A DNA stretch of 47,402 nucleotides from Nemertoderma westbladi (GCA_032718475.1 JAUCBJ010007259.1:1-47402), one strand, 5' to 3'; shown: positions 35,426 through 47,402, counted from the first letter of the stretch. The notes: generated by a model not told the origin, from the letters alone. Numbers and translations: made by a program.

Positions 35426-36193
35426 CTGCTTCCAATCACATCCGAGAAGTTTAATCTTACTGCGAGTTTCCTCGTGTAGGAAAGGCTTAATAACGGCGTA
35501 AGCGATGGGGAATATACTGGGATGTCGAATAACAAAGACGCGAACCAAAGTCTGAGGATAATTCCGTTCGTATTGGGAACACATTCGCGTAAAGAGTTGC
35601 GCTGAAGGTCGCCACAAATGTTTCACACCAAATCCCTCCATATCAAAGATTAAAACGCATCCTTCTATATTAGTTACACGCGGTGAATGTTCTTTCATTT
35701 TATTTACAACGGTTTGTATTGTCTTTTCAATTTGGAATACTTTAAGCATAAGAATATCATGTAGACTAGCGGAGTACATAACTCCTCGAATATCAATCTG
35801 TCCGAAAGGTTCAATCCAGATGGGGTTGCCACGTTTATCGAAGCCGCACTGGCCCCCTGGGTAGTACCGAGCTAGGGCCTCGCTCGGTTTGTATTCCCCG
35901 GATAGTATCCGGTCGACGCCATTCTCGGCCCGCCATTTCAAACTTTCCAGGAACATCTGCACCGCTTTGGGGACGTTGTAGTTTCGCGCTTCCAGCCACG
36001 ACAGGAGATACCGGTCGGTGTGGTGAGGTTGGATATGAACCGAAGCCGCCTCCTTGAAGGCTACTAAGGCCGCCGTCTTTTTAAGGGGGAGTACTGTACC
36101 GGTACTGGTGCAGCTGCTAACATTGCCGCTGCAGGTTACAGTACCGGTTGGAGGGCCTGGGGCCTGGGGATTAAACTTTTCATGTAGCTTCAT
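35426..36193 (-). CDS. SEC14-like (SEC14L2-type) protein, coding exon 1 (CRAL-TRIO N and CRAL-TRIO); spliced product about 422 aa
   Basis: Contains DRYLLSWLEARNYNVPKA..WR, YYPGGQCGFDKRGNPIW, IFDMEGFGVKHLW, YERNYPQTL and IKPFLHEETRSKI. Donor CAG|GTTGGT at 35425 opens a phase-0 intron of 2996 bp that joins WKQ|ELL. Confidence 0.92.
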
Positions 36194-36968
36194 ATTTCAT
36201 CATACAGTGTATCAATTCAATATCAGTATATGCAGATATGACATAACAGCATAACGGTCAGACGGTAAATACAAATAGTCGTCAGTCACATTCAGTAATG
36301 CTGGTGGATAGCGTTGAAGCAACCACAACATGTGGTTAGCAGGTTAGTTGATTGTCATTATTCATTTCAGTACCTATTCTGCTATTCATTCATTCATCAT
36401 GGCTGCATGGATGAGGTTCATTTTGTTGTTCAATAACTACAGTTAGGTTACACAGTTACAGGCACTTCAGAAAATATAAATATTTTGGTTACTACATGTT
36501 ATTTTAAAAAACAATTACAGAATTAGGCCTGCCAAAGTACCGGTTTTCACTCTGTCAGTCTGTGTGGAAATTGTTCATAGATAATACCGGTAATACTGTA
36601 ATAATACAGTGTAATAACAATCTATATATAATACAGTCTAATAATAATTATGTAATTCAGTACTGGTACATAATAAAATTTGGTAGGGCCTACATGGAAA
36701 AACTAATTATGCCTACCGGTAATTTACATATTTAATTTACATACCGGTACCGCAGTACCGGTACTTACTACAGTCTGACAGTACTGATACCGGTAAACAG
36801 AAAAAACACCAACTGAATATTTAATATTAAATAATTGCATGGTATGATGCTGATGGTGATGCTGTGATGGTTAGATCAGTAGATGGTTGTTGACCTATAA
36901 TTTATTTAGCCTACTGCAGTAAACTGCCCATGGTACAACTACTGCACAGAGATCGTTTTATTGTGGTC

Positions 36969-36981
36969 GTTACCAGGCAAC
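36969..36981. promoter_or_regulatory. RFX X-box-like motif upstream of the SEC14-like gene
   Basis: GTTACCAGGCAAC fits GTNRCC-N-RGYAAC and lies about 780 bp from the ATG. Motif match only. Confidence 0.35.
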
Positions 36982-39227
36982 GAAGACAGGTAAATTATTA
37001 ATTTAAGTAATACAATTTTAATTTAATTGTTTTATTTTGTATACAATACTGTGGATATTTTAAATAATAACTATTTATATTGCAAAAAGAAAGTATCATA
37101 TTTTTGTTATATTATGTAAACTTAAGTGTTCTGGTGAATTACTCGTAACGCGGCAAAGTACTACTTTGCAGCTTTGCGGCCTATATGACGGAACGCTGCA
37201 AAGTAATCAATGACATGGAAACAACTTCAATTACCGTATTCCAGAATGTATTATTTCCATTTATATTAATGCGGGCTGCTTTATGCAATAAAGCAGGACG
37301 TGTTTGCATAGTGCGTGCGTCCAGTTTTAAGTAGCTACAGTATGTAAATACTTGTTTAACGTGTAAGACTGTATTCCATACGTCCTATAGAAAACGTTAA
37401 CATTTTAGAGAAAATGAGCTAAGAAAATATGGCGACAGTGTTCCGTAAAACTGAACAGACACAGACGCTGACTCAGTTTGCTTCAGTCGACGATGGATCA
37501 AAGATTTACCATATCCATGCAGGAGATAACAACAATAAACTTTAATTAGATATAAAAGTATAGCACCGGTACCTGTTAATAATTTTCATTAATATTCGAA
37601 ATAGTACATAATTAAAATGTTCAAATGAGCATCCATAAAATCCTTTGTTCACATACCGAACGCTGATAAGTTGACATAATGTATCAAAATTACATACATC
37701 ATTGTGTGTAAAGGTCACTTTTCAACTATTATAACTGTAGTATGTAGTATGTTTATAAGTTTATTATTTAATGCATATTTAGTACCTAAGCAATCAGTAT
37801 AGAAATATAAAAGAACTAAGAACGAACTAAAACTTTTTAAACATAAATTATTGTTACTATTCAACCATGGAGAGTTCTAGAGAACCATATAAATTTTCTA
37901 GAACATAAATAAAATAAATTATAATGTTCTACAGTAGAACATATAGCTAAGTAATTTTTAAAATTCAATATAAGTAGTATTTAAAAAAATAAAATTTTTT
38001 AAATTAAATTTCGTGTTATAAATGTTATAATTTCAGGTAGCTAGTGATTTTTAAGCTAGCTAGTATTTTTTGTGGCAGCTAATAAGAAATAAAAAAATTC
38101 GGACAATTTAGTTGAATAAATTTAGTTGAAATCTGAATTTTTCTAAAATTACTAGCTAATTTAAAATTAAAAAATAACTAGCTACATGTTCTAGAATATT
38201 ATATTTTTATTTTATTAATGTTTTAGAATTGTTAAATAACATTTATATGGCGTTCTGTAACTACTACTGTTGCCATAGTAAAAATGAATAATGTTTAGAA
38301 AGTGTGGTGGCATACGGAACCGTAGCCGATGATATTCCAGAACGTTAATCAAATAATCAAACCAAAAATTATATTACCCTAGCTACTGGAGCAAATGAAC
38401 CTACGACTAAACATGTAAAATACTAAATTTTATTTATTTTATATTTACCAACGTTAATTAATGTTCTAGAATAAATAATGTGAAATCAACAGAATAAACT
38501 TCTAGTTCGTTGATTGGATAAATATTTATCATCCGCATTTTAGAAAGATTGATTCGATAATTACTTTATTGTCAGCAAAATCATTATGACTTCATATGTA
38601 GAATTAACCGACAGTGTCATGACGACGCCACCTGGATTCTGAGAGGCTTGACCTATAGAATTAAAGTAAGCCATAAAAATTACATGGGAAAAGATTTTTT
38701 TAACTATTCTCGAGGCATTTTATTTCCCGAGCGCCAGCGGATCGACAGAATAGTGAAAAAATGTTCTATTTTTTTATCTTGGTCTGTTTCTGAAGAATAT
38801 TGTTGTAAACATGGACGTTTGGACCTTTTAAAGTATGGCAACAATTTTGAACATTTCTTCGGCGAATATTGCGATATTTCGCAAACTTAGCGGTTTTTTC
38901 GATTATAGCGAAAATCGCGAAATTACAGGTTTATAGGTGTAACTTCGAAAAGTCGCGATCTTCAAGATATTTTGTGTTTACCAATACTATTTCCCTGTAC
39001 AGTGTACAGTCCCTATCTCCTTCTAGATACCGTTTCTCAAACTGGGTACTTTTTCTCTTACTGGTACCTCACTCTTACTAGCTTAAACCTGTCTGGTTTT
39101 TTTACTCCAACCCAAACTCAAACTTACGCGACCCCATTGTAGCATTCATACAGCAACCTGGGAGTTTAATGGTCCACTCGCTTCAGCGAAACTTTATTGG
39201 CATGGGCTCTTGTGTGTCTCCTACTCT

Positions 39228-40334
39228 ATTACTCAACGCCGTTAGTATTAGCAGCGAGTTGTTATTTAGCACTTTGCTACTTTAGAGGACATTACAGCAT
39301 TGTATTGGCCTGTACATTTAGTATTGTATTGGCCTGTACAATTACTGTAGTATTGTATTTGGTGTTATTGTTTACGTGGTAACCAATGGCGGCGTTAAGT
39401 AATGTCCACTAAGGGGACATTACTTAACGCCGTCATTGGTTACCACGTAAATAATAGGTGGAAATTTGCCTGACAGCCAGATAGGCCTACTGCATTACCT
39501 ACCGGTAGGCGGGGTATAGCTATTAATAACCAGTAGAGCCTAGCTATATTATTATAACATGGCCCCAAACGCCATCATAAATATAAGCTAACTTATTTAT
39601 AAGATAATTTATATCAATTTTTACATTTATTTATACAGCAACTAATATAATTTGTGCAGTTTCTATCACTTATAATATATATACATTCATTTCGTAATGT
39701 TAAAATTTTGGAATAAAACAACATACATACTTGTTGCAAAGTACTTTACAGTGTTCTGATCCTCGTGGCTTTATTTTTACTCACTCACTAACGTTCGTTC
39801 GTGTAACATTGCCACTCGGATCATCACACTGTAAAGTGCTACTTTACACACAATTATGTAAATAGTTATTGCAACAAGTATGTATGAAGTTTTATTGCAA
39901 AATTTTAACATTACGAAATGATTGCACATATACATTTCAGTAAGTGATAGAAACTGCACCAATTATGTTAGTTGCTGTATAAATAAATGTAAAAATGACA
40001 TAAGTTATGGTATAAATAAGTTAGCTTATATTTATGATAGCGTTTGGAGCCATGTTATAATGATATAGCTAGGCCCTACTGGTTATTAATAGCTATACCC
40101 CGCCTACCGTCTGGCTCTCAGGCAAATTTCCACCTATTGTTTACGTGGTATCCAATGACGGCGTTAAGTAATTTCCCCTTAGTGGACATTACTTAACGCC
40201 ATCATGGGTTACCACGTAAACAATAACACGAAATACAATACTAAATGTTCAGGCCAATACAATGCTGTAATGTCCTCTAAAGTTGCAAAGTGCTAAATAT
40301 CAACTCGCTGTTAATACTAACGGCGTTGAGTAAT
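39228..40334. mobile_element. Foldback/MITE-like element with inverted arms of about 500 bp
   Basis: 39228-39750 is the reverse complement of about 39830-40334. The ends read TA-CTCAACGCCG...CGGCGTTGAG-TA. Confidence 0.88.
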
Positions 40335-41949
40335 GTTACAATTTTGGAATAAAGTTAGTAACAAATACGCGACGAAGGCCACCTAATAAATTAATTATAA
40401 TTCGTTTATTTATATAATTAAGTACCTATAATATTTTACATTAACATGTCTTGTAAGGTACCATTCCAGCAAAATTCAAGGAATAACTATATTCAACCCT
40501 TCTCTACCCACACATATAGTACTGTGGGCGACAGACGGTACGCAAACAGGAAGTTACCCAAACTAGACCTTGCGCAAACTGTTACGTTATACAAACAGTA
40601 CGATTGACAAACAGTTCTAAATTTGGCGTAATGTCTCGTTGTTATAGGGCCTTGTTTGCTACCACCCACCTCCAAACAACCGCTCTTACAGTCTATCTAA
40701 GGAGCTCTTAAAATTACTAGAATCACTATTTCCTGATTGGTTTTAAACTGGGTACCTAGCAACGCCATCAGCTGGTTTCAAAATGCCATATTGCTGATAT
40801 GGCGACAGGAAAGTTATTCTAGTAATTTTAAGGACTATTTTAAGGGCCTTATATATACTAGAGTTATGCCCTACTATTTCGGAACTTAAAACAACCGGAG
40901 GCACTATCCGGTAACTCCGGGCCAGTGACAGAACTGACAAGCACCCGTTACATTGACTAACACTGTGGGCGAGCCACGCAAGTGATCGAGCTTAGAATAA
41001 TAATTGTACCAATCTCAACCTCGCGTCTATCTGTCTTTCTGCCAGGCAGTTTGCCGGTCGGTCCGTCTAATACAGTAGTAACTCAGCGAATCTTACATTA
41101 AATTGTACCAAACTTGGTACACACAAGTAGTATGTCTAAAGTTTAGAAAGTTTTCAGAATTTTGACGTCGTACATTTAAATGGTCCGCCTCTAGGAGGCG
41201 CTAAATATCACTTCGTCTCTAGGCTTAATAACTTTTGACCCAAAACATCAGCATCGGCCGCTAGATGGCGTTAGCAAATTTACCGCTAGTATTTAAGTTT
41301 TAAATTAATAATATTACATATAACCGATTAAACCAATATTTATTGCTATAAATAAGAGAATAGGTTTTATGAGAATATGTAATTGCTATTTATTTAAGAT
41401 AAAATGTGTGTAATCGATTTTTCGCGCCTCCGTAGGCAAACATACAAAATACACTTCCTCGGGACTCTGATTTTAAAAACGAAATAATTACAACATAATT
41501 ATTCCCCTTTTTCCTTATCCCGCCGTAATATTCATCCCAGAAATATTCACCGAAATGTTCATCTCAGAATATTATCCAATATCCCATATTAGGACTCATA
41601 TGACTCATTGTCCCAACCCAAACATCCTTAGTCGTGGCGGGCGTGCCAAGCCCTGCCTTGTCCGCCCAACACACCCCATCCAGGGTACCATCCAGGGTCC
41701 ATTGTTATCCGAAACATCCCTTCCCTTACACTGGCCCTCAGCACACAGCCTACTGCCACCACCCTATGGCAGTAGGGAATGATTGACTAGTCACCGTCAA
41801 AACTTCATCCAGGCACCAATTATTAATTAGTCTATTATAATGAGTAATCATATTTTAAAAAGGTTTGAACGTAAAGTCTCTGCCCAGAAAGTCCAACTGT
41901 GCGCAGGTGATAATTAGGGGTCAACTCCACATTGACCCCACATCGGGTT

Positions 41950-42565
41950 ATAAATAGGGCCGCATCGGGACAAAAAACAAAGAGTCTTTAACCCCAGCTG
42001 CCTGAAGTGAGCCCTGCTCCTCAGTACAGCAAAAGTTTAGCCTAGAAGTCAGCTCTGCTCCAAAGTTGGGCGTCTTTGTTGCTGGGTCGGGCCTGCGACT
42101 ACTACTAGGATCGGCATGCTGCATTGCAGCTGCATTTTTAAGAATGCTGTGCCGGCTTATCGACAAAATTGCACCGCCACAACTCCCTATCACCAATGAC
42201 ATTTGCTAGATCAGCTGCATCTTCAAGGCCAGTGTCCTTTAAGATGCGTCTCAAGAAAGTCATGGGCTGTCCACCATGCTTATTCACTCCATGAGGCTGC
42301 CAAAGTACAAGATTATGCTGGTTATTTCCGATTTATTCTCGGTGACTTCCAAATCCTGGAAAGCCTATTCAAGGTTACCCATGCCTTTCCCTTACGTATT
42401 CGAAGGTCCTCACCTGACTTCCGGATCCATGATCCCAGGTAACAGAAGTCGTCCACATGCTCAAGCATACCATCCTTTGAGCTTATGCTCATCCGATCAG
42501 AGACTTGCTGAGAACTTTCAAAGTTAACTGTCAAAATTTTGGTCTTTCTGGAGTTAATAAAAAGA
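41950..42565 (-). mobile_element. 5'-truncated LINE fragment (end of RT and C-terminus)
   Basis: INSRKTKILTVN..LEHVDDFCYLGSWI..EDLRIRKGKAWVTLNRLSRIWKS; related to the LINE at 13262. The left boundary is approximate. Confidence 0.82.
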
Positions 42566-43728
42566 CCAACAACCGGGCCTGCGAAAGGCTTGCGATTGCC
42601 AGGAACGTAAGACGATTCCGCCATTGGTTTCAGTTTACTGGCTGAACTGGTCCGGAACGCTTGTGTACATACTTTTGCCCGCCGGGCAAAATAAGCAGCG
42701 TATCCATTGACTCGGCTCTGTCACACGGTAGTGCTGTTGCACTGTCCGCAGGCTATATGTTTATTCCAGGTTCGCCAGAATAAACTATATAGTCTGAGAG
42801 CAAATTGCAGCTAACCTTTTGAGTCTTATCGGTACCACCCCTGTTTAGACTCAGACGGTAACCTGGTGTTCTGCACTATCGCCAAGTTCCAATAGCGTGA
42901 AGCTGCACCACGTTTATTACGACTTTTATCTATAACTTTTCAGACTTTTCACAATTTATTATAGACTTTTCTACGACTTTATCTGTGACTTTTTTCATGA
43001 CTTATAGTTCTGAGATTTTATTCATTATTATCAGATTTTCTTTGCCCTTTATTTGTATATTTTTTCCGGTGTATTTTTAGCAAAACAAAACGGCTACAAA
43101 ATACGGTACATTTTTCTCTGATTTTTGGTTTATTTAGAGGCTATACTCTGGATCCTAACGGACCCAAAGTATCCCTCACCCGGTTTCTATCTTTTTCCTC
43201 ATCCCAGAGGTTTTTCTGCAGTGTTACAGTACTGTAAGCTATTTCATTTATTTAGAAGGAAGCAATATACAGTATTATTTGGGAAGAATAGTAAATCACT
43301 GTGTTTTTGTACTATATTGTAAAGTTGTGGATGTCCGTAAATAACAAGTCATTGAAGGACCGTGTTCTAGTGGAAATATTTTATGTTAGCCGGAAAACCA
43401 AAACACTAAGCGAAAGTAGAGCACTACCTGGAACCTTTTTGAGATTCAAAGCCGTTTTAGGAGTTTATCGTGCCAAGGAGCACGAGAAATCCATTACAAT
43501 GTGCATATCTTGACAATTTATCTTATTCATTTTAATTGTGTATTCAATTCAATACTGGGAGACGGCCCGGTCCAAAAAATTCCCAAAGCAGTTCGCTATC
43601 CGATAGCTATCGCTATCACTTTAATTTTCAATTCACAATACAATATAGAACTGGACAGTATACAAGTACAGACGATTAGGCATTGTTTTAATACTGTACA
43701 ATGAAAGCGAACAAAGAGGAAAGGGTTG

Positions 43729-43790
43729 CTGTAGGGTTGTAGGGCTGTAGGGCTGTAGGGCTGTAGGGCTGTAGGGCTGTAGGGCTGTAG
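43729..43790. repeat. (GTAGGGCT)n 8-bp microsatellite, about 7-8 copies
   Basis: Directly visible. Confidence 0.92.
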
Positions 43791-44010
43791 GTAGGTTCTT
43801 TATTAATAAAATGAAAGCGAATTCTAATCTGAGCTTTAAAGAAATTTAATGTACCGGTTGACCGGTGTTTGAGTAGTGTAGGGCTTACTGCATCCTGATA
43901 ACTCCTTTAAATTTACATACTTGTGTGTAAAAAGTGTGATGATCCGAGTGCTTTGTTACACGAACGAATGTAGTGAGTGAGTGAATATAAACTGGACATA
44001 TTGGACTATA

Positions 44011-44145
44011 ATTGGACAAACTATAAGAAGTAGCCCTATGTTTTCGTTGTAAAAATATACATTTGTACTATTGGACAAACTATAAGAAATAGCCCTACAT
44101 ATTTTTGTTGTAAACATGGACATACCATTGGACAAACAATAAGAG
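44011..44145. repeat. About 59-bp tandem repeat, about 2.3 copies
   Basis: ATTGGACAAACTATAAGAA.TAGCCCTA recurs. Confidence 0.75.
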
Positions 44146-44423
44146 GTGTAGGCCTAGTAAGTGGGAAGTGTCGCTATATGTTAAAGTTGATGAAGTCGAA
44201 ATTTCTCACCCATTTGTAGTTGGCAACCATCATCCAAACGTAGTAAACGAAGTTGTGCTAGTTACTGTAGTATTAGCGTACAAATAGTATATGCATATGC
44301 AATGGGCCTGGAAATTCTCGATGTATTATTTGAAATAATTTCGGCGCCATACAATCAGAGAGCGCGAACACTACACCTTCGTCTGTTTAACAATTAATTT
44401 TTAAATTTGATTAACACGTATTA

Positions 44424-45833
44424 CAGTCCCAATCCCAATAAACATTAACTTGGTCATTTTGGCGGCCAAAATTACCAAAATGGCCAAGTAAAAACTGCGG
44501 TATTCATGAAAGGAACTGCTGAGGCACGTTGGCTTGTCAATCACAGCCAGTGAATACAGGCTGAGTGTAAGTAAAGCCCAGCGTTGGCGCTGAGGTAGAG
44601 TTCTGAGGTAGAGTTCTCTCTACCTTTAGGTAGAGAGAAAGGCTCCAGTGTAGTAATGGCTGGACTCGCCACTGTAGTAAACATGCCTGTAAGAGTGCAG
44701 TGTGAGGCGCCCTAACTCATTATTTTCTACATATTTTTTACTAATCTAATAATTAACACACCTTTACCTGTCACTTAGGTTATAAGCAGTGTGCTAGCAC
44801 TTCCAGCGTAATAATTAATTATTTACTTTAATTCTATTCGATAGGTAATAAAAATAACAAGTTCATATATTTAATTTGTAAAAATTCTTTAAAATATGAT
44901 AAAAGTACTTTACATAGATTTTTCTTTATTTAGCTGTTTAGTTCGCTATAATATAAATGCTCTCATAAATACAGTTAGGGGGGGGGGGCTATATATGCCA
45001 CTATAACCTGCTCCTTTCCCTAAATTGAGAATTTAACATTGAGGCGGGATATTAATTCGCCAAGGCGAGTTTTGCGTCCAGTCCCCCGTCCCCCCCCTCC
45101 CCCCTGTCTCGATAAATAATAATTACATCATCATAAATTCACCCAAATATGCCGACTCTGTTGACTGTTAGCACAGAGCCAGAGCCTGATATTATAATGT
45201 TTTCAGTTACTATCGCCCTCGAATTCAGACCCAGCTACTAGAAATAGGCCGCGCCGTCTAATCTGAATTTCATCAGTATACCGAACTCGTTCGAGACTGA
45301 GTGTCGCTATTTAATAGCTACCTCTCGCCCTGTCACAGACCCAGCTTCTAACTATAAAACTTAATTAGGACGCCTTCATGCATACAGAACACGTTGCTAT
45401 TTCATAATGACTCTAAACTTAAGCTACACAAAGGAAAAGGTGAGAAGTGATTATCTAATAATAACACACAAAATCCGATTATTATACATACTCCTCCTTT
45501 TAACAAAGCCGCATTCAACTAACTCCCTTATTACGAATTAGCCTGTGCTGTATCAATGCCTCAGTGGGTGGTCTCTACTACAACTGAAAGGCCCGACTCA
45601 GCTCCAGGTAAGTTAACAATCTGTCAATAATAAAAATGAAAGCGAGCCGACATTTAGTCAGAGCAACCAAATGGATGTCCAAGGAGACGGGCTGTCTGGA
45701 CTTGACTGAGTCGAGTTAAATCGCTTCGCCAAAACGACCAAGTAGCCCATAGGAATACACTACATTTTTTTGGCGATTTTGGTCATTTTGGCCGCCAAAA
45801 CGACCAAGTTAATGTTTATTGGGATTGGGACTG
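44424..45833. mobile_element. Non-autonomous TIR DNA transposon (Tc1/mariner-pogo-like), 1410 bp
   Basis: 64-bp TIRs beginning CAGTCCCAATCCCAATAAACATTAACTTGGTC (3 mismatches), TA on both sides, and no transposase ORF. Confidence 0.88.
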
Positions 45834-46247
45834 TAACACCTATTATCCCCACGAACACGCAGACCAACCGCCCAGTCCGTGCCACGAAGAACCACGACGA
45901 AATACTGTAGGTGAAGATGTTCCTTCGACCACTTATCTGCACCACTGATGGCATGTGGTGTAAGGAGACAGACATTTTAATCCGCCATCTCGCGTAGTCG
46001 TTAGTCACCAGACGTTAGGGGATGAAGGAACGAGTCCTAGCATCAGTCTTAGTTGGAGTGCGAAGGAGGTTGTAGTTCGCCCCTGCGCATTACTGCAAAA
46101 ACGCGCAAAACTGCGCATTACTAGTAATATAATACCCCCTCTAAATCATAATGGACACAATGGACTTATCGTTCAATATACATACAACGTAGTTAAACAC
46201 GTCGGGCAAGCGTACTTTGATGCTGACACATCAAGAGCACAAATATA

Positions 46248-47388
46248 TGGGTGTCACTGTTCACTGAGTAGACTAAACTCCATGTTAACGCAGCAACTTT
46301 TGGGTGTCACTGTTCACTGTATAGACTAAACTCAATGTTAACGCAGCAACGTTTGGGTGTCACTGTTCACTGTAGGCTATAGACTAAACTCAATGTTAAC
46401 GCAGCAACTTTTGGGTGTCACTGTTCACTGTATAGACTAAACTCAATGTTAACGCAGCAACTTTTTGGTGTCACTGTTCACTGTACAGTATAGACTAAAC
46501 TCAATGTTAACGCAGCAACTTTTGGGTGTCACTGTTCACTGTATAGACTAAACTCAATGTTAACGCAGCAACTTTTGGGTGTCACTGTTCACTGTATAGA
46601 CTAAATTCAACGTTAACGCAACAACTTTTGGGTGTCACTGTTCACTGTACAGTATAGACTAAACTCAATGTTAACGCAGCAACTTTTGGGTGTCACTGTT
46701 CACTGTATAGACTAAATTCAACGTTAACGCAACAAATTTTGGGTGTCACTGTTCACTGTACAGTATAGACTAAACTCAATGTTAACGCAGCAACTTTTTG
46801 GTGTCACTGTTCACTGTACAGTATAGACTAAACTCAATGTTAACGCAGCAACTTTTGGGTGTCACTGTTCACTGTATAGACTAAACTCAATGTTAACGCA
46901 GCAACTTTTGGGTGTCACTGTTCACTGTATAGACTAAATTCAACGTTAACGCAACAACTTTTGGGTGTCACTGTTCACTGTACAGTATAGACTAAACTCA
47001 ATGTTAACGCAGCAACTTTTGGGTGTCACTGTTCACTGTATAGACTAAATTCAACGTTAACGCAACAAATTTTGGGTGTCACTGTTCACTGTACAGTATA
47101 GACTAAACTCAATGTTAACGCAGCAACTTTTTGGTGTCACTGTTCACTGTACAGTATAGACTAAACTCAATGTTAACGCAGCAACTTTTGGGTGTCACTG
47201 TTCACTGTATAGACTAAACTCAATGTTAACGCAGCAACTTTTGGGTGTCACTGTTCACTGTATAGACTAAACTCAATGTTAACGCAGCAACTTTTGGGTG
47301 TCACTGTTCACTGTATAGACTAAACTCAATGTTAACGCAGCAACTTTTGGGTGTCACTGTTCACTGTATAGACTAAATTCAACGTTAA
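46248..47388. repeat. 53/58-bp satellite, about 21 copies
   Basis: Unit GGGTGTCACTGTTCACTGTA(CAGTA)TAGACTAAACTCAATGTTAACGCAGCAACTTTT. Confidence 0.97.
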
Positions 47389-47402
47389 CTTGAGGACTAG
47401 TG

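Noticed and set aside
43729-43790. GTAGGGCT array as an interstitial telomere
   Set aside because: The unit is 8 bp, not TTAGGG, and the array is very short; treated as a microsatellite.
44591-44640. TGAGGTAG (let-7 seed-like) next to a hairpin
   Set aside because: Only 8 nt match, the rest is unlike let-7, and the site is inside a TIR element.
46248-47388. Regularly spaced repeats as a possible CRISPR array
   Set aside because: The whole unit is repeated; there are no variable spacers.

Overview
Repeat-rich, AT-rich animal (probably invertebrate) genomic DNA containing two host genes and many transposons. From left to right: (1) a 56-bp minisatellite; (2) an old, decayed minus-strand LINE, split by a recent 11,965-bp BEL/Pao LTR retrotransposon (1297-13261; 1182-bp near-identical LTRs; CGCAG target-site duplication). 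This BEL copy keeps gag and protease but has lost RT, most of RNase H and integrase. It has no TGG/tRNA-type primer-binding site; the 11 nt next to its 5' LTR are instead complementary to a site inside its own LTR, a candidate for self-priming. (3) An intronless type I Ig-superfamily membrane receptor (16240-18147). (4) A 27-bp satellite that appears to have expanded from the RFWVHP N-terminal motif of a Harbinger-like transposase. (5) A GalEa-type Ty1/Copia element with an intact 1536-aa polyprotein and a tRNA-iMet PBS, but a 5' LTR that is truncated. (6) A 17-bp satellite that turns into a 37-bp dimeric satellite. (7) A two-exon SEC14-like (CRAL-TRIO + GOLD) gene on the minus strand. (8) A 1.1-kb foldback element with nested hairpins, more LINE fragments, a TA-flanked TIR element and a 53/58-bp satellite. 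All calls come from reading the sequence by eye; no database searches were run.
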